This document shows, one piece after another, positions 38,140 to 50,300 of a DNA stretch of 64,000 nt. Origin of the DNA: Azolla caroliniana (taxonomy: Eukaryota > Plantae > Polypodiophyta). Under the pieces are notes generated by a model that was given only the letters and a program-made list of their open reading frames with translations, had not been told where the DNA came from and made no database searches. Positions within the stretch are counted from its first letter, which is position 1. Each line of letters starts with the position of its first letter. The DNA lies in assembly GCA_043228905.1 (NCBI GenBank), contig JBHGNT010000018.1:13764001-13828000 (forward strand). Direction: 5' to 3'. A program made the translations under genes and the position numbers.

Positions 38140-39019
38140 TGTCGTGCCTTACAGCTCTGGATCGTTGCGTGAGTCGGGTGGGAACCGTTGGGGTTTTGGA
38201 CTAGGAGGAAAGAAAATTCTAAGGCGGTTAAGAATATGAAATATATTGTAAGAAAGAAAGATATGAAAAATTCGTGAATCCCACGAGTATAGTGTATTAG
38301 TGAGTACTCAAATTAAGAGAGAAAAAATAGTTAGCAAACTCGTGGATCCCACGATTATATTATATTAATCAACCCTTGTAAAATAATCAACAACCCCTAT
38401 ACATCTTTCTCTCTTCCTTATATAGTGTTGGAAGAGTCTAAGTTTATCACATGCAAGCATCATGCTTTCCCTATCTTTAGTTTTCATGCACACTGCATGT
38501 GCATGATTAGCTTTCTATCTCATCTTTTCTTTTAACTCGAGTGTCTATGCATGAATAACTTTTTGTACCATGCATGTCTAGAAATTTAACATGGGATAAA
38601 GTTTAGTATAACTTTAAAATTCATAATACGCTAGTATAATGATAAGGCTTAACATTATTAACATGGAGGTGCAAGGTTCGAATCTTGCCCTATGCATGTA
38701 ATATATATATTATTATACTTTCTCCTATTTACAAATATGTCTCTTCATCTGATGAGAGACTCTCACCGGCCTTCTTCATCCGGCTCTTTCCGGTTCTACT
38801 TCATCCGGTGCTTGCTAGTTTTCTTTGTCCGGTTCTTACCGGGACCTCCTTACCGATCTCTTCGTCCGTTTCTCACCGACTCTCACCGACCTTCTTCATC
38901 CGGCTCTTGCCAAGTCTCCTTACCGATTCCTTCTTCCGGTTCTCACCGGGTACTCCATGTCCTATCCGGAGAGACCAAAAATGTAATTTTTCACGTAGTG
39001 TGCGAATTACACTACGACA
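38140..39019 (-). mobile_element. Solo LTR of the same family as 15990-16755, inserted in the 3' region of Copia B
   Basis: TGTCG...CGACA termini; both ends and the tRNA-like cassette (38625-38696, +) match the reverse complement of 15990-16755; TSD imperfect. Confidence 0.85.
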
Positions 39020-39536
39020 ACGCAGAATCGAACAGGACGAGGAGCGCGAGCGAGGCGTGAAGCCAGAAGAAACCGGAGTGATGATCCAGAAGAACCAAAA
39101 GAGCCTCAACTTGAGCTTGAGGGGGAGGGGAGTGTTGAGATACAAGCTCAACATTGGCCGGATCGGCTATGCAAGCCGAGAACCGGATCGGTGCGTAAAT
39201 CGGCATGCAAACCGATGCGCAACGAGAAGTCGTAGCGGTGCATAAACCAAGAGGCCGTTGGAAAGATATTCCGCGTAGGAATATATTTTGGGAGTTAGTG
39301 TAGGCCTTAGTTATGAACATTGAAGTACGTGTCAATACTTTTGTCAGTCCGTATGGACTTGTATAAAAGTGCTCACTAAGCACATCCTATGTACAGACTG
39401 AGTATTATTATTTTGGAGAGAGTTGTGTGTATTGTCTCTCTCCCCCTCTCTCTCTATCTCTCCCGCGTACTGTGTGAGTCCAATCTTTCCATTAAACTTG
39501 TGTTTTTTTTTCTACATTCGGTTTTCTGTTGCTTCC

Positions 39537-40520
39537 ATTAAATCAAGATGGTTGATGTGGTCATTGAAGCAAATTCTCTATTTTTTAAGGATGAGTGAAT
39601 CATGGTGGTGTTGGGGACTGAAGCAATGTTTTTATGAGGGGATGAGGAATTTTCTGTTTGTATAGGACTTCAATGGCCAACGATCAGACGGTTGATGTGG
39701 AAAACGAAGAAAATTGTAAAGGATGAGTGATGTTGGTGTCGGGGGAAGAAGCGGAATTTCGTGATGGGATTAAGAGAGTAGTGTCACAATGTTTTTGTTT
39801 GGTATGTACAGGTTTTGCTGTGCTATGGTTGTTGTGGACATGTGTGGTAGTTGGTGACATGTTGGTTGGGGAAAAGGAAGCGTGTTTCACTCTATTTTTT
39901 TGTTTGTATAGGACTGCACACATGGTTGATGTGGAAAACGAAGAAACTTGGTGAGGATGAGGATAGCACATTTCTGTAGAGGATGAGTGACGATGGTGTA
40001 GGGGGATGAAGCATGATTTCATGAGGGGATTAGTAGAGTAAGCCCATTCTGTTTTTTTGGTACAAGTTCTTGGTGGTATAAATCAAGATGGGTGATGTGG
40101 TCATTGAAGCAAATTCTCTATTTTTAAGGATGAGTGAATCATGGTGGTGTTGGGGACTAAAGCAATGTTTTTATGAAGGGATGAGGATAGCACATTCACT
40201 CTATTTTCTGTTTGTATAGGACTTCAATGGCCAACGAACAGACGGTGGATGTGGAAAACGAAGAAAATTGTAAAGGATGAGTGACATTGGTGTCGGGGGA
40301 AGAAGCGGAATTTCATGAGGGGATTAAGAGAGTAGTGTCATTAGGTTTTTGTTTGGTATGTACAGGTTTTGCTATGCTATGGCGAGATGGTTGCTGTGGA
40401 CGTTTGTGGTAGTCGGTGACATGTTGGTTGGGGAAAAGGAAACATGTTTTCTTTGTTTGATAAGGATGAATGATGACGTTGTTGGGGGTTGAAGCAAACT
40501 TTTATGAGGGGATGATGAAA
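39537..40520. repeat. Complex tandem repeat (~540-bp unit), second block
   Basis: Units starting at ~39540 and ~40078 are near-identical to 24505-25071. Confidence 0.8.
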
Positions 40521-40542
40521 TCAGAAGCATTTTCTTTTACAG

Positions 40543-41250
40543 GTGTCTGTTGTATTCGGCGAAGTATATTCCGAATTATTATATCTAGAAGACTACGATT
40601 CAGAACTTCAACGGAATGCAATTGAAGGAAACAACTCTAGGGCAGCAGGGAAAGTTTGGCTTGTACATATGCAACACCTACAAATTATGTTGTCTTTGTG
40701 CTTCCAAAAGCTTGTGATAAACTGAAAGTTGTGAAAATAGCCAACAAATACATGCACATATTTGTGGAAATAGGGTAGTGGAGAGTATTGTTTTTTATCT
40801 AATGGATATGTATTCAAAAGTTGTTGGGATAGATCAAGTCAGAGATGTAGTCCATAATGTCTCGTTTCGTGATGTGGTGCCATGGAAGGCATTACCAGCA
40901 CGACTGGTCTTCATGATAGTTCGAAGGTTTACAGCATATGCAATGTCAAGGGATCATCTCAAATGAATAGCTGACATGTTGGATCACTTGAAAAAGCAAA
41001 AAGAGGAGCAAGATGAGGATGCGTTGATAAAGTCAAGAAGATGCAACTTCAACGAAATTCTGGAGATGAAGTCACATACATGAAGTGTTTGTTATGCTTC
41101 CCGCTCGAAAGATAGTCTACTGCAATGTTATTATTACAGGATATGATTCCAATTCTAAACCAGGTTGAATCTTGCATTGGAGCATTAGAAAAGGGGAATG
41201 TAGGTAAAGATTGAGGAGATGGGCAGGCTGAAGAGAAACCAGGTTGTTAG
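40543..41250 (+). pseudogene. Decayed coding-like segment of unknown function
   Basis: Consecutive short ORFs (40543-40725, 40778-40966) continue past stops as protein-like text, after an acceptor-like TTTTACAG; no motif recognised. Confidence 0.3.
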
Positions 41251-41392
41251 CAATGCATTGCTTGATCTATGGGATACGTGTGGAGTCTTACAGAAAGTAC
41301 ATGAACTCTTGGATATGCTTCCATTTCGAAAGATGGTTTCCTGCAATGCAATGTTTTCATTATAGTTCGGTGTTTAAGCCAATGATTACAGG

Positions 41393-42077
41393 CATAGATT
41401 GACATATTCGCATTCGTCGGGTTTCCCATTCGAATTCAAACGAATACGAATACAAATGGGTGGTCAAGTATTCGTTTAACTCAAAAAAAAAAACTCTGTC
41501 CTTTTTAATTTCTTAGGATAAAAAAAAGGAACTTGACAATAAATAGGGATAATAAAAAAAGGACTTGGGGATTTGACACTACTAAAATTTTATAATAAAT
41601 GTATAACTTATAAGTTATAAGTATGTATTTGTTTTATTTTTAATAAATAAATAAAATAAAATAAAGGCTCATTAATTTCTCACTTTTTATTCCCTCAAAA
41701 TTTATGGATATTTTTATTTTGACATTAAAAATAGTACTTCAAACTAATCATACTTCAAAGTTCAACATAATCATATTTGTAAATATAACTAAATTTTTAT
41801 AATAAATGTATAACTTATAAGTTATAAGTATTCATTTTTTTAAAATAAATAAATAAATAGATTAATTAAAATAAGTTTCATAAACTCTCTTGACACTATA
41901 ATCTATTAATGAATAATTGTTCTTTTTTTGGTGAAATAAATTTATTTAAATAAATAAATAAATATTTTATATATATTTTACAAAACGAATGGGTTTTTAA
42001 TATTCTTGGTGCCATTTCGTATTCTCAAATATTGAGAATATTGCGCATTGAGAATATCACGCATGTGTTAATCTATG
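41393..42077. mobile_element. hAT-family MITE
   Basis: TIRs CATAGATTGAC / CATAGATTAAC; 8-bp TSD ATTACAGG / ATTATAGG; AT-rich interior with subterminal GAATA/TATTC motifs. Confidence 0.85.
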
Positions 42078-43429
42078 ATTATAGGTGATAGAAAGAACAT
42101 TCATGTAGGTGTTCACCGTTCTTTGTACTTTTATACTATGACTCTTTGTAGTTTTTATTGGTCTACCACAACTATAGCATTTATGAGGTTGTTAGTGTAA
42201 TCATTTTGTCATGGATGTACAAGTTTCTACTAATGAAGAAGATGTTTTTTGGAAAAAAAAAATGGCTTGCTTGTATGATATCAACTTTTGCAATTAGAGC
42301 ATATAGGGAACAAAATGATCAAATGATATATTAATATTTCCAAATTAGAATGTTCAAATTGGGACCATTTAAAGATTTTGAAGCCCAATTACTTGAGAAG
42401 ATCCATTAGAACAATTTTTGTCCACATTTCATGTGATTTAGGTTGTGTAATACGTTGACTCAATATATATATTTATTTATTTCCGTCAACTTAAAAAAGA
42501 GTTGAGGGTTAAAGCATAATAAGACAAGACATTAAGTGTGAAGTACAATGTGGTGCATTGCATCTTTTCATAAAAAGGGATAATGCTACCTTTACAAACC
42601 CAAAAACAAAAGCATGGAAAAACTATAAATACCAATGAAAATAAGTATGATTCAAAACTTTACAAATAAAGAAGAACGAATCTCCTCAAATTGCCTTAAG
42701 CAATTGGTAAAGTTTTCCACTCTTTGGGTTGTCAAAATCATTTTAGAACCATATGTTTGAAGAGCAAACTTTAAAAATGTAGGATCTTGAATTTGAGGAT
42801 AATAAATTATAATGGAAGAGTTTTATAATGATATACATTATAGCTTGAATAGCAAACCACTATTGTACACAACCTAGAACTAAAAAGTGTGACAAATCTT
42901 TATCATTAACCTCCTTAATTTTATTGCCCGAGGTATAAACTCTCGAATGCATGAGCTTTACCATTATGCAATATCACCTTTCCATAAATAACTTGTGAGG
43001 CAAAATTGACAAGCATGTCTTGGACCAGTTTCTTATATTATGTATGTGTCTTAAACTAGTTTCTTATATTATGTATGAAGGTAGTGGCAAGTGCATCCAC
43101 ATTGCATTTTAGTATATTATGTATTGTCTCATTCTAGCCTAAGCAAGATTTGTGATATCTTTCTAACCCAAACCTGTGGATCACCTCTTCATAAAGGAGG
43201 TGCTCAAATACTTACAAACTAGCAAGGTTAGCCGATTTATCAAAGAAGACGCATGAGCATGCACACATGGCAATAATTTATTGAAGAAAGAAAACACACA
43301 TTTATTCCTATGGAGGTGGAATGAGATGAATAATCACAATTGCTTTCGATTATTAAAGAAGCTAAGATCATCAAAAGTGACAACTTGCCTAAATTTTGAT
43401 CGGTGAAAAAGAGACCGAGAAAGAGAGAA

Positions 43430-43927
43430 AAGGAAAGGAAAGGAAAGGAAAGGAAAGAAAAGAGAGGGGCCGAAATGGCATAATGGGGACCGAAGGGGAG
43501 AGGTAACATCTAAAAAATGTGGTGGTTGCCTCTTTGTCGAGGGCACTGGAAACCAAAGTTTAGTAATAGTGTGGAATCGAATAAAAGAGATTCCAGATAA
43601 AATATTGTGAGGCTAAGTAATTAATTACAGCTGGATGGACCAAGCTAGGCCGGACCACGAGAGGTCCGGAGAGGATTAGTCAAAGGGGGGGGGGGGGGGC
43701 AGGCGATCGAAAGATGGAGAGAGGTAGTAGGTTAATTAGGTCTTCGGTGGGAACTGAGGGAGCGCTAGAAGCCCCACCATCTCCATTTCTCCTGCTCCAT
43801 AAAAAGAAGAGATGGATAGAAGAAAGACAAAAGAAAAATGTGTTGAGTGCCGTCCCCCTAATTTGGAGGGGTTGCCGGCCAGTTGGAGTAAGGGCCAATT
43901 GGAGTAAGAGAAGCTTGTGCCTTTTAT

Positions 43928-43963
<36 letters not shown>

Positions 43964-44024
43964 AGTGTCTTTTATCGATCGGATCGAAACGATCCATCGC
44001 TCAGAGAATCCTTTACGCACACAC

Positions 44025-44067
<43 letters not shown>
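43430..44067. repeat. Simple-repeat cluster upstream of the NIPA gene: (GGAAA)n, G15, (AC)16, (AG)20
   Basis: Visible at ~43430-43455, 43685-43699, 43930-43961 and 44027-44066. GA repeats are typical of plant promoters and 5' UTRs. Confidence 0.9.
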
Positions 44068-44071
<4 letters not shown>

Positions 44072-44175
44072 CAGTGAGGGGTAGAGATAGACATAGAGAG
44101 GGAGCGGTCTTAATGGAGGTCCACAATGTAAATCACCCATGATTTCAGAACATATCGCATTTTTGTTTTTGAAGT

Positions 44176-44347
44176 ATGAGTGGATTCATTGCTCTCAGAG
44201 AGAATAGGCTGGCTGCTGGTTTCGGTATAACATCAGAGAATGTTGTGGGTCTTATCCTTGCCCTGTCATCTAGCATTTTCATTGGATCAAGTTTCATCAT
44301 AAAGAAGAAAGGTCTCATTCGTGCTGGGTTATCTGGAGTCAGAGCAG
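44176..44347 (+). CDS. NIPA: NIPA exon 1
   Basis: ATG ... GVRAG followed by the donor gtatg. Confidence 0.88.
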
Positions 44348-47300
44348 GTATGGGTTTTTATTCGTTCTTGAGAAATTGTCCTGTTTTAGTTTATATATCT
44401 AAATTTGAAATTTCGAAAATTATTGTGTTTTGTTTCCTAGGGATTGGAGGGTATACTTACTTGTATGAGCCGCTTTGGTGGGTTGGCATGATCACAAGTA
44501 TTCTTCTCTCTCTCTCTCTCTCATCTCATACTGAATCTTCTGTTCAAAAATTTGTGAAGATGAGATCATCCACATAAACGAAGACAATGTTTATCAGGGG
44601 TGAATGTTGTAATCATTTTTACATTGTAGGAGTGGAATTGAGTAGTGACTCTTGATGTTTATCAGGGGTGAATGTTGATGAACATTGCAATTGATAGTGC
44701 ACATTGTGATTATGAGAAACTGTTAATGAGTGGATGTGATTGACAAATTGTTGAAGGCAAAATCTAATGTAGTTGAATGCAGGTCATTGTATCAAAGAGT
44801 GATCTTTGATGCCTGCACTCTTTAGGTCAAAATATGCTAGTTGATGAGTCTCCTCACATGTGCCCCAATGTCACATCTCACATGAAAGAGAATGTGATAA
44901 GTTGTATTGAAGCAAAGTTATAGTTCAATATTAATATATAATGAAAAATATTTTCAAGATTGAACCATTCCGGTTGAATTGCAACTTGTCTCTTGTTAAT
45001 AGAAATCCTTTTGTCCCCTTTCCTTTTCTTTCTTTTTTGATTCAATGTTGTTCTTGCCTTCGGCCCTTGACAATCCGATCTCAAGAAGTAGGTGCATGTA
45101 TGGCATTTGAGGCTTGACTTGAAGAAACTTCATAATGTGCTTTTGGACATTTTCAAACTCCTTTTGGGTTGATTTAGGGATGCTACCGCCTCATACTTCA
45201 TCCACATAGAGAAGCACTAGTGTTGCAGATATGTTAGCAATACTCCTTTGAGACCCAACATTTAATTTCTCCACCATTGTGTATATTCTCCAATGTATAG
45301 TGAACCCTCTTTCCATCTATGATTGGAGGCAATGTCAAGCCCAAAATATTTGAAGCTTTCGATGGTTTCAAGTAGGTCATTATCGTACACAATGCATGTT
45401 TATCCTTATTTTGAGACTTCACAAGCATAAACCTTAGTTTTGGAGCTATTACACTAAATTTACGAAAGAGAGTAGGCATCCTTGCTTAACACCAAAGATG
45501 CTTGTGAAAAAATCTAAAATTCCATCTCCCAAATGCACATGCCATATCATAATCGCAAAAATTTGTTTAATATTATAACTTTCAAATCTTTCGACCTATG
45601 CTTCCCTCTAGCATAGGTCGATCCAGAATGGAGAGGTATCTGAAGCGAGGGAAGCACTTGCGATGGTGGAAGATAATGGCCTTTAACTATTGATGACAAA
45701 GGTGCTGAGGTCGTGGTTTGTGGGGTTGGGGCCTACGTGCATGACCAATTGCTATTACCCAATCTATTTTAACCCCTTTGTTATGTCCTGGTCAGGAGCC
45801 CATTTGTGTATCCCTTGATTGAGTTGTAGCATTAGTAGGAGTGGTGGGGCAAGAAAGTTGTGATTGTTCTTTGTGGATGAGCTTGTGTGGCTGTACTATT
45901 GTCCTTCAACAACTTTTCTCTATGTCTTTTGAGTTCGAGCAAGAAAAGTCCTAGGCACCGTTGGTCCTCATATTCCATTACCTTGCGTAGTGGGCCAAAG
46001 CCTTGTTTAAAGAGGCAATGGTATCTCCCTCTGATTTCATAAAAGACACGACAATGACAAACATAGTGTTCTTCGGATTCCACTCCTTGATGACACAATT
46101 GGCAAATTCTTTCTTCTAGAGGTATTTGTGTATATTTGCCTACCTCAATCTCTAACTGATGTGACGAAGTTACCAGCTACCCTATCACACTGCACAATGC
46201 ATAGGATAGATGTATGTCCATATAAGGTGGCCTGATGATGAATCCATCCTCTGATTTGTCTAAATATAAGGGGATAGATAGAGATAAATTTTATTGTTAA
46301 CTTCAAAGGTCAAATATGATCTATAAGATAAAATATATAACATTTTCACATAGTACACGTGAAAGTGAATAGCGACTCTCAACGTTAAAGAACTTTACTA
46401 ATGAAAGTTGCAATTGAGAGTGCACATCGTGACTATGAGAAATTCGTGCAAGGATTGGGTTTGGTTGAAGATGTATGGAAAGCATAGTTGTATGTGATCA
46501 AAGGTAGAGCATTGTATGAAATTGTGATATGCAGACTCCTGAAAATATTTAGGGAAAAGTGTGCATAGTCGATTACTCTTATCACTTCTGTCCCAACATC
46601 CTGTCTCACATATTTGTACTTAGTGTGAGCTAAGTTGCATGGAAGCAATGATTTAGATGGTAGACATGGGCTCTAACATGTATTGACATGGAACATAGAA
46701 CATAGAACATGGTTTTGTAGTTAGGTGCATCATATGTAGTGTGAATCAGTGTGTTGCATTCCACCTTCCAAACCATTTTTCCATATCTTCTATACAAGTG
46801 GAACACAATTTTGCGTTTGTATATCTTTTGGATCTTTTTTGCTTGCTTCTCATGCATTTATACGAAGTCAATGTAAGTGACTTTTTGAACATTAAGCATG
46901 TATTCAACAAATCTTTCCATGACCACGATCTCAATTTGGCATTGCAAAAAGGCCTCATTCATAGAGGAATCTATTGATGCATCATGATGCAAGTATGTCA
47001 CATTCCATTTTCCAAACCATTTTTCCATATCTTGTATGCAACCGGAACACAAAATTTTGCTTTTATGTGTCTTTTGATCTTTTTGCTTGATTCCAACGCA
47101 ATTCTAGGAAGTTGATGTGAGTTACTTTTTGAACCTTAAGCATGTATTCAACAACCCTTTCAATGGCCATAATCTCAAATGGGAAGTGGTCCAGTCTCAA
47201 AACGTAGGGGGGTGTATGGTGTTTGTAATAACATGCTTATAAGGATACATGTAAAATCATTAGTGTTGGGCCATAACGATACACCATTTGCAACAAGCAT

Positions 47301-50300
47301 TTTGGTATTATTGCACGTTTGTAGGAGTAAGTTTGCAAATTGATCTAGATCTTTTTTATCAATAGAAAAAAGACTATACATTTGTAATCCTCTTGCTCCT
47401 TGAGATGTGTGGCATGAAAGATTGTTGCACATCAAGTTGCAAACTTCTTGTATGAGCATTTATGTCACCAAAGACAATAACTTCTCCATTAGCTTTGGAA
47501 TAATCAATATCATCTTCTAGATTGGCAAAGATTTGGTCTTTAACAAAACAGAAATTAGAATCTTGATGAGGAATGTAGCATCCAACAACAAAAGTGGGCA
47601 TATCATTTGGTGTTTCTATTTTAAGCCATATGTAACATTTATGTTCATCATTTTTTATGATGAAGGCATATTTCTCTAATTCCCTCTTAATCAAACATGT
47701 GACCCATCGTTGTCCTCTTTGTTATCTTGGATTTTTCAACCATATCACGGAGTGTACATTGTAGTTGCCCAAACTTGAATCCTTTCAATATTATGCTCCC
47801 AAGTTGCAACAAGAAGTATGATATCCAATTCATTGGTAAACTCCTCTATGCCAAGTTCGACATTCCATGGGTGTCCATTGCAATACATTTTTCCCCACAA
47901 CATACATTGGCCTATAGCTTTGTTTTGTATTCATTTTTCATTTCACTTGTATCCCTCCTCATTGTGTCCATTTTTTTCCTCTTTCCATGCTTCTTTTAGT
48001 TCGATCTTGTTAAATGCTCATTTGTTTTTAATGAAGTTTTCGTATATTCTCTAATCTCATCTTCAAGCTTTACAATTGTTTTCATAAGAGTCTCATTCTC
48101 AATAACAATAATTTGTAGTTTTACATTCTCTTTCATGAGTGCCATAATCTGTTCACCTTTTGTCTTGAAGAGGAAATCAACTGGCTTATAAGCATTGTCT
48201 ACATTCTGGCTGACTTTGTTGCATTAATATCAAGAATCATTAGTGATCTTGGCTCATTATCAATCATGCTCTCGGACTCTGTGGCTCTCTTATTTGACCA
48301 AAGTGAACTTATCTTCCTAGATCATATCATAGATCTTGTTGCAAACTTTGATTCAAGCCATAAATCTAACCTTGTATGACTAAGTTATGGCTAAAACAAA
48401 CTTGACAAAGAAGACTAGATCGGAAGACTAGAGAAAGAAAGAAAGAACGAAAGAAAGAACGAAAGAAAGATATATTAACGTCTTCTAAGGCCAAAATTGG
48501 CCCATGAGATAGTTGGTTTACAACAAAATGGGTATTTATCCAATCATCAGAACTAAAAATAAAATAAAGTAAAAATAGAACTTAGCTAAAAGAGTTCTAG
48601 TAGTGTACAAAACGTGGTATACTCAATAAAAGGAGTGACTTTGCACTAAGCCTAATTTCATTTCCACCCAAGCCTCTCGAAAAGAAGTGGGAGGTCAAAG
48701 GGTTTTGGTGTGGGTGTGACCCGTGGTCTTAGTGTAGAGTGTGCCCCAGCCATGGCTTCAAGGCGGTGTAGCTCACGTTCCCTTATTTTCTTTATTGCTT
48801 CTATACCACGTCGAGTTGCTTTGAAACCCGACATCTGAGGGCGTTTGGTTCTTTGGTTTTCTGCTTCATCAAGGAAAAGGCCGAGTGGTGCAAGTGTGTC
48901 GACATTCGTTGTCTCCCCCTGTTCCTGAAAAACTTCATTTGTTACATGTTGGTGAACATTAGCAACATTATTGGCAACATTTTGTAACTTATTCTCTTTG
49001 TGTTGTTTTAGCTCTAGGATGTGCCTACCTAATTTCTTTATATCTAGAGTATCTAATAGTTTGGGGAGTGTGGGAGAGGAACCAAGTGTGTCTTGGTATT
49101 TTGCCCTTATCTCGGCGTAGGTTGGACACTTGTATGTAAAGTGATACTCATCCTCTATCTCTATGTGGCATAACCTACATATCCTTTCCTCCCTAAGGAC
49201 TCCATTAGTACGATCATTCTCAATCTCAAGTTGGTGAGAAGATATTCTAAGTTTTCCAATGGTAACCCTTAGTGCATGTGGTAAGAATAAATCTAGATAT
49301 TTTGACCGCGTAATAAAACCTAACTTAGAGAAGTGCATGAAGTGTTCCTTATAGTACAACATTTTAGATAGGAATGGCTTTAGTGGGGTGATCCATTTAT
49401 ACCGAGTGTAAATTTGCCATATTTCTTGGTGTATTACTTTATTGCGGTCCTCATGAGAGAGTAAAGTGTTATCAATTGCGTGGTTGTACCTAAGGGGAGG
49501 TAGGTTATTTATGTCTAGACCGTTCACAAGAAGCCAACTCACCATCATGCCATACCATGAGCTAGTATAGCCGGACTCATACAGTGATTGAGAGGCCTCA
49601 AAGGCTTGATGAGATATTCTATCATGTGGTTGGTTATGTATCCTGTGAATAAAGACTACAAGTTGAAAAATTGCCACTACTAACATTAGGGGTAAAGTGA
49701 ACTCAACCCTAATAATGTCATGTGGTACTGTCGATTTGCTTCGGAGTTGGCGTGATAACATCATCACCAATGGTCTCTCTAATTGCGTCCACATGAAAGA
49801 TGGTAGTCCTGGAGCCCAAACCACTGATACATGAGAGAGAGACAGAGATAGAGATAGAGATAGAGAAAGAGAGAGTGAGAGTGGTTTTACAAGCATAGTT
49901 GAATGTGATTAAAAGCAAAACATTGTATCAAAGTGTAATACTAAGACTCTTGAACTTGTTTAAGGTAAAATGTGCAAAAGTTGACTAGGCTCATCACATG
50001 TGCCTATCATCATGTCTCATATTGAAGTGAGTGTGAACTAAGACGCATGGACGCAATGGTTTGAATGGACAACAAGATGGGTACTAACATGTATTTGTGT
50101 GTGGTTTTCCTGTTTGGTAAAGAATGTGGTTTCCCAACATATGTAGTATAATGTGTGAAGCATGAGCCTTCACCATTTTTCCCATTTCATGATACATTGG
50201 TGTTGCAAAAAGGTCCTATTGAGAGAAGAATCGTTTGATGCATCCCATCCTCCAAGCCATTTTTTCATATCTTGCATCCATCTAGAACACAAAATTATGC

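Larger units (their letters stand above)
25072..39536 (+). mobile_element. Ty1/Copia element (copy B, sister of copy A) carrying two nested Gypsy insertions
   Basis: LTRs at 25072-25524 and 39133-39536 (3' end clipped). PBS TGGTATGAGAGC. Gag 25614-26294 resumes at 34143 (CWYCGKKGHKESEC), then PR, IN, RT and RH run to ~38100. Confidence 0.92.

Noticed and set aside
43680-44140. ORFs upstream of NIPA (CVCVCV, SLSLSL)
   Set aside because: Artefacts of the (AC)n and (AG)n microsatellites.
44348-44577. ORF-track extension of NIPA exon 1 to 44577
   Set aside because: Read-through of a 93-nt in-frame intron and of the intron 2 start; family homology defines the GT-AG junctions.
48658-49896. 412-aa ORF as a host gene nested in the intron
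   Set aside because: It is the C-terminus of an RTE-X-like LINE ORF2, with an N-terminus read from a microsatellite.
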